In this document: one piece after another, positions 49,439 to 59,636 of the stretch
Numbering within the stretch: the first letter of the stretch is position 1
Layout of the letters: every line of letters starts with the position of its first letter
DNA from: Candidatus Auribacterota bacterium
Lineage (GTDB): Bacteria; Auribacterota; Tritonobacteria; UBA1439
DNA length: 64,000 nt
Direction: 5' to 3'
NCBI GenBank assembly: GCA_026392035.1
Contig: JAPLCX010000083.1
Coordinates: forward strand, 4,597 to 68,596
Position numbers and translations under genes: made by a program
Notes under the pieces: model-generated
Databases searched by the model: none
The model's input: the letters and a program-made list of their open reading frames with translations, nothing else
Told to the model about the DNA's origin: nothing

Positions 49439-51114
49439 AGAAGGGGCGCAGGGAGGGGCTTGTTCATACCCTTCTTTGTTTCCACGGCATCGCCGTGAGT
49501 CGCGACGTCATGCCCGACATCCCTTCTCCTAAAAATGAGAAAATCCTCAATTCCCCTATCGAATATATAATTTCCCGCGATGAACTTCTCTATACCTGGA
49601 TATCTCCCGAGGCTTCTCAGCGAATCGTCACGCGTCCCAGTCGCCCACCAGGCAGGATCGTTTCTCACAATGAGAATAAGCTTCGGCCTGCCCCGAACCA
49701 GGGACGCGAGAAGCTCATCACCATAGCGGTCAGGGGACCAGTTGCAACGCAGCGGGAAATTGTGAATAAAGCGCGAGACATGCGGCCTCCCGGCACAATA
49801 GTACACGAGTGTCTCGCACCCCCATATAAAAACCGTCTCGTCCGGTCTTGTAGTATGCTTAATGTAATCTGCCACGACCAGGTCTGCGGGCAGGGAGAAA
49901 TCATCCGAGGTGAACCTCACGTTCATGTAATAATCGTTCAGATCCCTTCGTTTTAGCAACCGGTCTGCGAGCGCGCGCGCGCTGTCCCTATACACCTGCA
50001 TACAATACACATTATACCGGCTGTTTACGGTAAGGAGCGGTATCGCGACGACAAGCACAAGCACCAGCACTGCCACGCGCCTGAGGGGCTGCGCGTGATG
50101 CTTCCGAAACGGGAACGCCAGCGCGGATGAAGCGCCTATCGATAGAGGCGCGGCAAGGGGAGCAAAATGGTAGATGTAGAACTTGTTCTGGATGTAAAGA
50201 TTCATCAGCGCGGCAAGCGCCCAGAGGGCAATCAGGTTGATTCGGAGACCGGGAGATCTCGTCGTCGCCGCCCAGGCATAGCTGATCAGCGCGAGGATCG
50301 CGAGGCTCACAAAACTGAAATGCGAGCTGAAGATGTCGCCGAGATGCAACAAGCCGGACACAGTGTGCGGCGGGGCGCCGACACGGCCGTACTCCCTTGC
50401 CCAGGTGAATTCTGTATACAGGAATTCTCTCCAGGCCCCTGTCAAATAAAGATAGACGGCATAACTCCCCACACAGAGAACGAACCCGCCCACCATGCAG
50501 GCGAGGCCCCCGAACGTTCTCCTGCTCCTCCCTTTCCCTACCAGCAGCACCACCATGCAGACGGCGAGCATCAATCCCATGGGATACTTGAGATAAAAGG
50601 CCGCCCCTACAAGGATTCCCTCTGCGAACGACAGAAAGAGAATCCGCTCCCTGTCGAGGGAGCGGAGCAGCAGAAGAACCGCGAGCGCGAGCGGGAGATT
50701 GAGAAAATCGTCCGGCTGCGCGGTGTTCCACCATCCCCTGCTCGCGTAGGCACTCACATAGATAAGGCCGGCGATCACCGCCACGTCATCGCTCTTTGCG
50801 ATACGCCTGGTGATCTGGAAAAGCACCGCCGCGGTTGCAACCTGCCAGAAAAGGTCCAGCCATCTTATTGCGTGTATTGAATAGCTGAACAAAAACTCAC
50901 TCAACGCATAGATGTAATAAATCGCAGGGGGTTTCGTATCCCAGAAATCCCTGAAGGGGACCGCTCCTTTGAGCACGAGATGTCCCGCGTAGGCAAACAT
51001 CCCCTGGTCCCTGCCTGGTGGGTAGATGAGGGTCGGGAGCATTACAAAGAGGGCGAGCCCAACCAGCAGGAGAAGCTTGACCGGCGAGGTATTTTTGCTA
51101 AAAATAATGTTCAT
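49429..51114 (-). CDS. GT39 (ArnT/PMT-like) polytopic membrane glycosyltransferase
   Basis: 561 aa, ArnT-like N-terminal loop (RDQGMFAYAGHLVLKGAVPFRDFWDTKPP), about 13 TM helices. Confidence 0.7.
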   Translation of the reverse strand: MNIIFSKNTSPVKLLLLVGLALFVMLPTLIYPPGRDQGMFAYAGHLVLKGAVPFRDFWDTKPPAIYYIYALSEFLFSYSIHAIRWLDLFWQVATAAVLFQITRRIAKSDDVAVIAGLIYVSAYASRGWWNTAQPDDFLNLPLALAVLLLLRSLDRERILFLSFAEGILVGAAFYLKYPMGLMLAVCMVVLLVGKGRSRRTFGGLACMVGGFVLCVGSYAVYLYLTGAWREFLYTEFTWAREYGRVGAPPHTVSGLLHLGDIFSSHFSFVSLAILALISYAWAATTRSPGLRINLIALWALAALMNLYIQNKFYIYHFAPLAAPLSIGASSALAFPFRKHHAQPLRRVAVLVLVLVVAIPLLTVNSRYNVYCMQVYRDSARALADRLLKRRDLNDYYMNVRFTSDDFSLPADLVVADYIKHTTRPDETVFIWGCETLVYYCAGRPHVSRFIHNFPLRCNWSPDRYGDELLASLVRGRPKLILIVRNDPAWWATGTRDDSLRSLGRYPGIEKFIAGNYIFDRGIEDFLIFRRRDVGHDVATHGDAVETKKGMNKPLPAPLLWG

Positions 51115-51135
51115 GTGCGATAATCATTATATGAC

Positions 51136-52662
51136 CTACCTTACAGAGAGCGGAATATATTTCCCGCTTTTTTCATCATAGGCCATGATGGGTTTTTCTT
51201 TAAGGTGGTTCCAGCACCGGTAGCCGGCCAGGGCATAGTAGATTTCTTCGTATTGATCAACCGGCCTTCCGAGCCCGTCGATGAGCATAAGTCCCTTGCC
51301 TTCCTCTGTGTGCTTCAACCAAAAGTCCAGAGATTCTGAAGGGGTGGACTTGACGTCATACCATACTATAACACGATAAATGCTGGGATTATCCAGATTA
51401 GAAAGATTTTCCGGATATGCCAGCAGATGATGGATCGGGAGGAGCAGGCAAATCAGTATGCCGGCCCATTTGAGCCCCGCAGGCCGGGTTTCCCGACCGG
51501 TCAGATAATACCAGACGATCGCGTAGACGGCATAGATTGCCGCTAGGATTCCCGTGCACCGGCGGATGCCCGGCGCGTTCATGTCCAGATTGGGAAGAAT
51601 AAGATTGAGGACAAGCAACAACCAGCTGAGAAGCAGGACGAGCCGGAGCGACCTTCTTGTAAAAAACAAAACTATCCCTGCAATCATGACAAATGCAACC
51701 GGGATGATCCCCGTCGCGCCTGAAAATTCGGTGCGTGAGAGCTCGAAGTGATAACCCTGGCCCCGCACAACCAGTTCTCTGAAGACAACTTTCAGACATC
51801 CGGCAAGAGCGGACAGATCCGGCTTGATGCCGCCTCCGCCGCGGAATAAGCCCCTTGTCGTAACTGGGTCATAAACGAGAATACTTCTGTTCTTTACATA
51901 CAGGAAGCCGACCAGTAAGGGCACCATGAAGGCAGCAATGCTTAAAAGCACATTTCCCGTTACATACAGGGCACCGCGCATTTTAGCCCGCTTCCCGAGC
52001 TGTCGAAGATACAGAATAATCAGAACCGGCAGGTAAAGGATAAAAACAGGATACGACGTGCACGCTATCATAACCAGTCCCCAGAGCGCTATTTGTATGA
52101 TGGCAACCAGCCATTTCTTATCGAAATTGAGCTTCGTTACCAGAAAGAGACAAATGGGGAAGTACTGAAGATCGAAGCCGTAGCCGCCTTGCATCATGCT
52201 GAAATAGAGAAAAATCGGCGAGAGTCCTATAGTGATAAGGGGCAGCCAGGCCCTGCCTGCGCCCATCAAGTTCCGAAGCACGCCTGCCAGGCAAAAGATT
52301 GAAACGAGATGGATTGCCAGCCGGACGATCTTGGCCGTGTGAAGTCCGAAGCCAAAGCAGTTATAAACAAAAAGCAACAGACCGTACCACCCGATGTTGG
52401 TTGACGCCCCGTTGTAGACAATGCGGTGCTGTAGCAAATACACGTTGCGAACAGATTCCATCAGTTCTTCATAACGGATCTGATTCATGGAGCGGAAGGA
52501 GTAAACGGCCTGTAAGCCAAAAAGCAGCGCTGCAAGCCACCAGTAGAGTGAAACCGTAGCACCGGTTTTCCCTGAAATAGACTTGCTCGATAAGTTCTGC
52601 AAGAAATTGAACCCCTGAAATAGTTTTCCCGTAACCGGCGAGTAACCGACTCCAAACCTCAT
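51136..52662 (-). CDS. polytopic membrane protein, GT-C-like
   Basis: 508 aa, about 12 TM helices, within the GT-C block. Confidence 0.5.
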   Translation of the reverse strand: MRFGVGYSPVTGKLFQGFNFLQNLSSKSISGKTGATVSLYWWLAALLFGLQAVYSFRSMNQIRYEELMESVRNVYLLQHRIVYNGASTNIGWYGLLLFVYNCFGFGLHTAKIVRLAIHLVSIFCLAGVLRNLMGAGRAWLPLITIGLSPIFLYFSMMQGGYGFDLQYFPICLFLVTKLNFDKKWLVAIIQIALWGLVMIACTSYPVFILYLPVLIILYLRQLGKRAKMRGALYVTGNVLLSIAAFMVPLLVGFLYVKNRSILVYDPVTTRGLFRGGGGIKPDLSALAGCLKVVFRELVVRGQGYHFELSRTEFSGATGIIPVAFVMIAGIVLFFTRRSLRLVLLLSWLLLVLNLILPNLDMNAPGIRRCTGILAAIYAVYAIVWYYLTGRETRPAGLKWAGILICLLLPIHHLLAYPENLSNLDNPSIYRVIVWYDVKSTPSESLDFWLKHTEEGKGLMLIDGLGRPVDQYEEIYYALAGYRCWNHLKEKPIMAYDEKSGKYIPLSVR

Positions 52663-52718
52663 AATCCCTTACTGATTAAGCTAAATAAGGAAGATTGCGC
52701 CCAAGATAATCGAAAAGC

Positions 52719-55133
52719 TCACCTGAGCGGATGAGGCAGGGCGCCCCGCCGGCAAGCCAGAGCGCAAAAATACAGCCCCAGAATTGCCAGTGCCCCTAAT
52801 GTTATTCGCGCACCCAGAGCAAACGATCGCGACTCATAGCGGAATGTCACCATGTGCGCCCCCGCATCAAGTGCAACCGCCCTGAATGCATAGTTCGCGC
52901 GGAGTATTTCATTGCGCTGACCATCGACGTACGCCATCCATCCTGGATAATAGACATCGCTCAGGACAAGCACGCCAGCATCGGGGAGCGTCGCTCTGAT
53001 GACGACCTCCCGCGGGAGCGAGCTCGTCAGCTCAACCCGGGTTATCTGTCCCGCCACCATCTTCTCAGGCAACGTCACGCCCGGTTTCTTCTCAAGGATG
53101 ACCTCGCGGGCGAAATCAAAATGCTCACCCAATTCGTGAAGAATTTTCTCGCGATCGGAAATAATCCGGGCTTTATGGACCACGTATGCGCGGGGAATGG
53201 GTGTCTCCCGCTCATAGATATTTGTCCCGTCGCCTCCAAAACTCAGCCGATAGCCCGCCCTCATAAAACGCTGCTCCGCGGGAAGGATCAGATATCGGAG
53301 GCCAAGTGCCTCCAGCATCGGCGTGACGGTGTTGATGGCAAAGGTGAGCTGCGTTGCGGAGGAGACCCCCTGTGAGAAATCCACATATTCCTTGTAACTT
53401 CCCACGTTCGTCGTCTCATACCCATCAATGGCATAGATCCCCACGTTCATGTTCTGATTGGCGCCGGGCACTGCGATACTGGGGGCGAGGATTCTGAAGT
53501 CCGAACGGTCAGACGTAAAAAAATCAGCCACTCCCCTCGGCCAGTAGCAGGACGAGAGCGGGCTCACCATGATGTACTTCGAACCGTAGTGCCAGAGGTC
53601 AGTGAGGGAGATGCAGAGGATGAGCGCGCTCACAATCGCCGGCCATTGTTTCTTGTGCGTTGCAATCAAGATAACAGAAGATGATACTCCCAGCCAGATG
53701 GCAGCAGTGAGAATGCCTCTCCACGCAACGTGGTAGGTGGCGCGTATCAGCTGGATGTCTGCGGGATGGGGCGGAGGAGTCCCCTCAAAACCCCTCGCTG
53801 CGCGATAACGTAATGCCGCCTGCCAGAGAGAGGAGCGTTCCCCTCCGCTGGCGGCCATGACCAGACAGAGCAGCAGAAGAAGAAGGGCCAGCGCAAGCGT
53901 TGCGCCGCCAACGATCAGGAATTGCTTTTTTCTTTCCCCGGAGCACCTGGTCACACAGTGGCACCCATACCCTGCAAGCACGGAGAGAGAAAACGTCGTC
54001 AGGAATATGAATTTAGCCTGCCCCCTGAAGAGGGTAAAGCCGGGAACGTGATAGTAGAATATTTTAAAAAGCGGAGAATAGGCCCCGAATGCCAGCAGGA
54101 GTGAAAAGAGCGCCAATCCTGAAAAGAACAAGGTATAGCGATTCCGGATAAACAGCGATCCTATCAACGCAAGCACGAGTGGGAGGATTCCCACATAGGC
54201 GCAGGTCTCCCAGAGCAGCCATCTCCCCCAATATCGCACCTCGTGCATGTCACCCAAGAAACCGGGGACAAGGAAAGTGACGATATTCTCCGGAGGGAAA
54301 GAAACATCGCTCACCGCCTTTGGATCACGAAGCAACGTGCGACTTGAGTGAGTGGTGAATTCCATGCTCGGGAATAGCTGGATCGCGGAGAGTGCAATGC
54401 CCACCACAAGAATGACCACGATGCCCCCGCATACGTATCCGAGGGGCGAAATACTCCCCGCCCCGCGGCAGTCGATGAGCCCCCGGAACAGCAGATACAG
54501 CACAAGCGCACCCAGGCAATACGCCATGTATTGGGGGTGCCCGGCAAGGACCTGCAGCGCGAGCACGGCCCCCCCGAGGATATAGTAGCGCATCTCCTTC
54601 TTGCGCAACGCAATCTCGGCGAGGAGCAGGGAGAGCGGGAACCAGGACAACGGATTGAATATATGGCCCGGAAAAAGCTGGACGAGGTACGGCCCGGAGA
54701 AGATAAAGGTGAGTGCAGAAACGAGCGCGCTGAAGCGGTCTCCCAGGAGATACCTCACGAACGCGTACGTGAGGACACCGGTGAGAAAGAAATGAAAAGC
54801 GATCGAGTAGTTAAGGGCGCTGTGGACAGGTATAAAGAGGAATATGAGGTTGAGGGGATAGAATATTGCGGAGTGCCAGTTTGCAACAAATGGCACCCCG
54901 CAGAAGAGATACGGATTCCAGAGCGGGATCACTCCCTTTTTCAGAAGACCAAACCCGAAGAGCCTCAAGGGATATATGTGGTGGGTGAGATCGAGAAAAA
55001 TGGGATGGCTGAGGATAACCTGGGAATTGAAGAACGATTTCCTGAAAAGGGCAACTGTAACAAAGAGAAGGAGCAGGATACAATACCGATCTCTCAACCG
55101 CGGCATCGCTTCCTCGGGTGCATTGTTACTCAT
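52719..55133 (-). CDS. YfhO-like large polytopic membrane protein (GT-C)
   Basis: 804 aa; VIPLWNPYLFCGVPFVANWH YfhO-like motif; long C-terminal soluble domain. Confidence 0.6.
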   Translation of the reverse strand: MSNNAPEEAMPRLRDRYCILLLLFVTVALFRKSFFNSQVILSHPIFLDLTHHIYPLRLFGFGLLKKGVIPLWNPYLFCGVPFVANWHSAIFYPLNLIFLFIPVHSALNYSIAFHFFLTGVLTYAFVRYLLGDRFSALVSALTFIFSGPYLVQLFPGHIFNPLSWFPLSLLLAEIALRKKEMRYYILGGAVLALQVLAGHPQYMAYCLGALVLYLLFRGLIDCRGAGSISPLGYVCGGIVVILVVGIALSAIQLFPSMEFTTHSSRTLLRDPKAVSDVSFPPENIVTFLVPGFLGDMHEVRYWGRWLLWETCAYVGILPLVLALIGSLFIRNRYTLFFSGLALFSLLLAFGAYSPLFKIFYYHVPGFTLFRGQAKFIFLTTFSLSVLAGYGCHCVTRCSGERKKQFLIVGGATLALALLLLLLCLVMAASGGERSSLWQAALRYRAARGFEGTPPPHPADIQLIRATYHVAWRGILTAAIWLGVSSSVILIATHKKQWPAIVSALILCISLTDLWHYGSKYIMVSPLSSCYWPRGVADFFTSDRSDFRILAPSIAVPGANQNMNVGIYAIDGYETTNVGSYKEYVDFSQGVSSATQLTFAINTVTPMLEALGLRYLILPAEQRFMRAGYRLSFGGDGTNIYERETPIPRAYVVHKARIISDREKILHELGEHFDFAREVILEKKPGVTLPEKMVAGQITRVELTSSLPREVVIRATLPDAGVLVLSDVYYPGWMAYVDGQRNEILRANYAFRAVALDAGAHMVTFRYESRSFALGARITLGALAILGLYFCALACRRGALPHPLR

Positions 55134-55236
55134 TACGTTCTCGTGGAGATTGTCAGTGCAGACGCTTTACGCGCCAAAACTATCACCAACACTGATTCAC
55201 TGTGCACACCAGCATAATTTTGTACTGTGCCCCCTG

Positions 55237-55948
<712 letters not shown>

Positions 55949-55956
<8 letters not shown>

Positions 55957-57193
55957 AGCGCAGCGCCTCCACCGGGTCGAGCCGGGAGGCCTGCCACGCC
56001 GGATAGAGCGCAGCAGCCGTGCTCAGGGCGATGGCGATGGCGGCGGTCAGGGAGATCCTCACCCATGACAGTTCCACGGGGATCTTGTCCAGGTAGTAGA
56101 TATCGCTCTTGAACAACTGGAACCCCGTGAGCCAGCCGATGAAATCCGCGATCGGATTGATCGAATCCGAAAAGAGGTATCCCGCCGCCACCCCCATGAG
56201 GGCGCCTGTGATGCCGATGAGCGCGCCCTCCATCGTGAAGATGGTCATGATGCTGCGGGGTTTTACCCCGATCGCCTTCAGAATCCCGATATCCTTCGTC
56301 TTCTCCATCACCACCATGATCATGGTGCTCGCGATATTGAGGGCGGCGACGAGCACGATGAGGGCGACAATAAAGAACATGACCTTCTTCTCCATCCTCA
56401 CCGCGGCGAAGAGGTTGGGGTTCTTCTCCATCCAGCTCTTGACCAGATACGGGGAGGGGAACGCCGTCTTGAGCTCCCGTTCCACCCTGCGCGTCAGGTC
56501 CATATCTCTAATCTTCACGCTCACGCCATGGACCGCGCCATCGAACCGGAAGAGCTTCTGAGCGGTGTTCAGGTCAACATAGACGAGCGAGGAGTCGTAC
56601 TCGTACATGCCGGAGTTGAAAATGCCGGCGATGACCCGGTCGAGCACGACGGGGACGGGCCCCGCGGGGGTCTGCACCTCAACGGGGGAGACGATCTTGA
56701 CCTCGTCGCCCACGTCAAATCCCATATCCTTCGCGAGCTCCTCCCCCACGATGATCCCGGCCCCCGATTCGAGGAGATTCCCCTGCGCAATGTACTTCCT
56801 GAGCGCGGTCGTCTTCCCCTCGCGCAGGGGATCAATTCCCTTCACAACCACGCCGCGCGCCTGCCGTGCGCCCCTCACAATCACCTGGCCGATGATATAC
56901 GGCGCCGCGGCGAGCACGTCCGGGAGCTGCTCGGCATTCCTGATCACCCCCTCGTAGTCCCGCATCACCGGCCTCACCTCGATCGTGAGCTCGGAATACA
57001 CTCCAATCACCTTATCCTTCATCTCGCGCTCAAACCCGCTCATCACCGCGAGCACCACGATGAGCGCCATCACCCCGAGCGCCACGCCTGCCAGGGATAT
57101 CACGGTGATAAAGGAGATAAAGCGGTGCTTGCGCTTCGCCTTGAGGTACCTGAACCCCACGAACAGTTCGAATGGGAGTTGCATGAGATACAC
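55949..57193 (-). CDS. FtsX-like ABC permease, LolC/E family
   Basis: 414 aa, four TM helices with a large periplasmic loop; overlaps the ATPase gene. Confidence 0.8.
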
Positions 57194-57210
57194 CTTGATG
57201 CTGATGCTGT

Positions 57211-57368
57211 TTCACCACGGAGACACGGAGAACACGGAGAACAAGAGATTATTACAAAGGGCAAAAGAACCGAATGAATAACATACCTGGAAGCTCCACC
57301 ACAGAGGGTATGAGACTGCTTTCATAAGCCATATCCTTACTCCGTGCTCTCCGTGCCTCCGTGGTAAA
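57211..57368. repeat. inverted pair of CACGGAG-repeat arms flanking about 100 bp (MITE-like or long stem)
   Basis: Left ttcaccacggagacacggagaacacggaga at 57211-57241; right tccgtgctctccgtgcctccgtggtaaa at 57341-57368 is its near reverse complement. Confidence 0.6.
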
Positions 57369-57389
57369 AATCCCTACGATATTTTCGTC

Positions 57390-58886
57390 TCACCTCTCAA
57401 GTCCCACTTCTGACTTATCTTCCGGTTTTAATTGCGGGAACAGGATCACGTCCCGGATGGACTCCCTGCCGCTGAAGAGCATGACGAGCCTGTCAACACC
57501 GATCCCCAGCCCCCCCGCCGGCGGCATGCCGTACTCGAGCGCCCTGATGAAGTCCTCATCCATCCGGTGCGCCTCATCGTCTCCCCTGTCCCTCGCGGCC
57601 CGCTGGGCCTCAAACCGCTCCCGCTGGTCGAGGGGATCGCAGAGTTCCGAGAAGGCGTTGACAACCTCCAGGCCGCCGATGAAAAGCTGGAATCGCTCCG
57701 TGAGTAGTGGCTTCTCCGGTATCTTTTTCGCGAGGGGGGAGAGCGCAACGGGATAGTCAATGAGGAAGGTGGGCGCGATCAGGATGGGGACCACGCGGCT
57801 CTTCACCACCTCATCCACGATCTTGGCATATGTTTTCGGCCCCTCGATCTGGAGCTCCAGCCTCGCCGCAGCCGCCGCGGCCGCCGCTTCTCCCCTCTCG
57901 GGAGAGAGGTCCTCGCCCGTGTGCGTTCGTACCGCCTCAAGAATGGGCAGGCGCGGCCAGGGTGGCGAGAGGGAGATGTCGTGTCCGCGAAAGCTGATGC
58001 GCTCAGACCCCAGCACCTCCCGCGACAGCGTGCCGATCATCTCCTCGACAAGCTCCATGATGTTCCTGTAGTCGGCGTACGCCTCGTAGAGCTCGAGCAT
58101 CGTGAATTCGGGGTTGTGCCTGGTGGAGATGCCCTCGTTGCGGAAATTCCGGTTGAGCTCGTAAATCTTCTCCATTCCCCCGACGAGCAACCTCTTGAGG
58201 TACAGCTCCGGCGCCACGCGCAGGTAGAGATCCGTGTCGAGCGCCCGATGGTGGGTGACGAACGGCCTCGCGGTCGCCCCCCCGGGGAGCGGCTGCATCA
58301 TCGGGGTTTCAACCTCTATAAACCCGCGCGCATCCAGAAACGCGCGCAGGCCGCTGATGACGCGGCTCCTGAGCATGAACACGCGGCGCGATTCCTCGTT
58401 GGACATGAGATCCAGGTACCGCTGCCGGTAGCGGGTCTCCACATCGGCGAGGTTGTACCAGTGCCTGTCTTCCTTGCTCTTGCCGAGCGGAGGCTCCCTG
58501 AGGGCTTTCACGAGGATCTCGATGCGCTTTACCTCAAGCGTCTTTTCGCCCATTTTTGTCGTGAAAAGCTTCCCCTCCACGCCGACGATATCGCCGGTAT
58601 CGAGATTTTTCACCTGGGAGAACACGTCGCTCCCGAGCACATCCTGCCTCAGATAGAGCTGGATCTTTCCGCTCGCATCCCGGAGGTCGGCAAAGATAGC
58701 CTTCCCATGCCCCCGCATTGAGACAAGCCTGCCCGCGAGGCGCGCCTCCCCCCCTTCGGTAAAACGTTCCACGGCTTCGCCCACCGCCTGGCGGCGCGGG
58801 AATGCGTCCTGGTACACGCGCGCCCCCGCCTCGCGGAGCCGCTTCAGTTTCTCCAGCCTCTGTTCGTACAGGTTGTCTATTTCCAT
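57390..58886 (-). CDS. lysS: lysine--tRNA ligase (class II)
   Basis: 498 aa with N-terminal OB fold and class II motifs. Confidence 0.95.
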   Translation of the reverse strand: MEIDNLYEQRLEKLKRLREAGARVYQDAFPRRQAVGEAVERFTEGGEARLAGRLVSMRGHGKAIFADLRDASGKIQLYLRQDVLGSDVFSQVKNLDTGDIVGVEGKLFTTKMGEKTLEVKRIEILVKALREPPLGKSKEDRHWYNLADVETRYRQRYLDLMSNEESRRVFMLRSRVISGLRAFLDARGFIEVETPMMQPLPGGATARPFVTHHRALDTDLYLRVAPELYLKRLLVGGMEKIYELNRNFRNEGISTRHNPEFTMLELYEAYADYRNIMELVEEMIGTLSREVLGSERISFRGHDISLSPPWPRLPILEAVRTHTGEDLSPERGEAAAAAAAARLELQIEGPKTYAKIVDEVVKSRVVPILIAPTFLIDYPVALSPLAKKIPEKPLLTERFQLFIGGLEVVNAFSELCDPLDQRERFEAQRAARDRGDDEAHRMDEDFIRALEYGMPPAGGLGIGVDRLVMLFSGRESIRDVILFPQLKPEDKSEVGLER

Positions 58887-58918
58887 TGCCTCACCCGAAA
58901 CCGCTCCTCAGTTCTCTA

Positions 58919-58983
58919 ACCACTGAAAACACTGAATATTCTGAATCGTTGTTTCTCCAGTGATTTCTGTGTCTTCAGTGGTT
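58919..58983. repeat. 10-bp inverted repeat (aaccactgaa / ttcagtggtt) enclosing a ctgaat-rich 45-nt loop
   Basis: Lies in the lysS–TIGR04073 intergenic region, directly next to CACGGAG element copy 3. Confidence 0.5.
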
Positions 58984-58999
58984 AAAACATTACACGATC

Positions 59000-59050
59000 T
59001 TCTCCGTGCCCTCCGTGCCCCTGCCTGCCGGCAGGCAGGTCCGTGGTGAA
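59000..59050. repeat. CACGGAG-repeat / CCTGCCTGCCGGCAGGCAGG palindrome element, copy 3 (inverted relative to copy 1)
   Basis: tctccgtgccctccgtgcc-cctgcctgccggcaggcagg-tccgtggtgaa. Confidence 0.65.
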
Positions 59051-59128
59051 AACCAATTAAACAAAAGCGCACGGGCGCTCCATTCCTCCACGCCCGCGCG
59101 CCTCGCGTGCTGCGCCTCTTCAACAACC

Positions 59129-59539
59129 TCACTGCGCCTGAATGGGTTGCTCCTGTGCGGGTGGGGGCGGGGCATCAGGCGGCTTCTGCTGCAATGGCCC
59201 CTCCGGCGCCTCGACCCACGGATTGTACTCGGGCTGAACCAATCCATTCCATTCTGTTTTCGGCAACGGCATGGGGAAGGTTGCAAGGTCCGCCGCGCCC
59301 GAGAGGACACGCAGCGGCACCATGATGATTCCCTTCCCCACTCCCATCGGGGCTCCCCGCATGATGCCCTTTTCCTTACACATCGCGTACGGCTGGTAGG
59401 GAAGTTCCAGCCAGCAGCCCAGCACGTTGGAGAATCCCCTGTCCGCCTTATGGCTGACATCGTCCCAGTAACCGGCAAACGCAACCGCGCTCAGCACCAC
59501 GAGCAGGATCCCCGCGCATAATACACGTATCACACTCAT
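59129..59539 (-). CDS. small secreted protein, exosortase-system-associated TIGR04073-like
   Basis: 136 aa from ATG 59539 with strong RBS (AAGGAGGAGGGC); signal peptide, GFSNVLGCWLELP and GAADLATFP motifs, Pro-rich C-tail. Confidence 0.5.
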   Translation of the reverse strand: MSVIRVLCAGILLVVLSAVAFAGYWDDVSHKADRGFSNVLGCWLELPYQPYAMCKEKGIMRGAPMGVGKGIIMVPLRVLSGAADLATFPMPLPKTEWNGLVQPEYNPWVEAPEGPLQQKPPDAPPPPAQEQPIQAQ

Positions 59540-59565
59540 GCCCTCCTCCTTTCCAACCGGGTGAG

Positions 59566-59595
59566 ATTGTACCGTATATTCGCTCCCCGCGTAAA
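59566..59595 (-). promoter_or_regulatory. candidate sigma70-type promoter (TTTACG-N18-TACAAT) for the TIGR04073-like gene
   Basis: Hexamers read on the minus strand about 30-55 nt upstream of ATG 59539. Confidence 0.3.
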
Positions 59596-59636
59596 GCCCA
59601 TTGCCTTTTTTCTTTTCACTATTCACCATCCACTTT

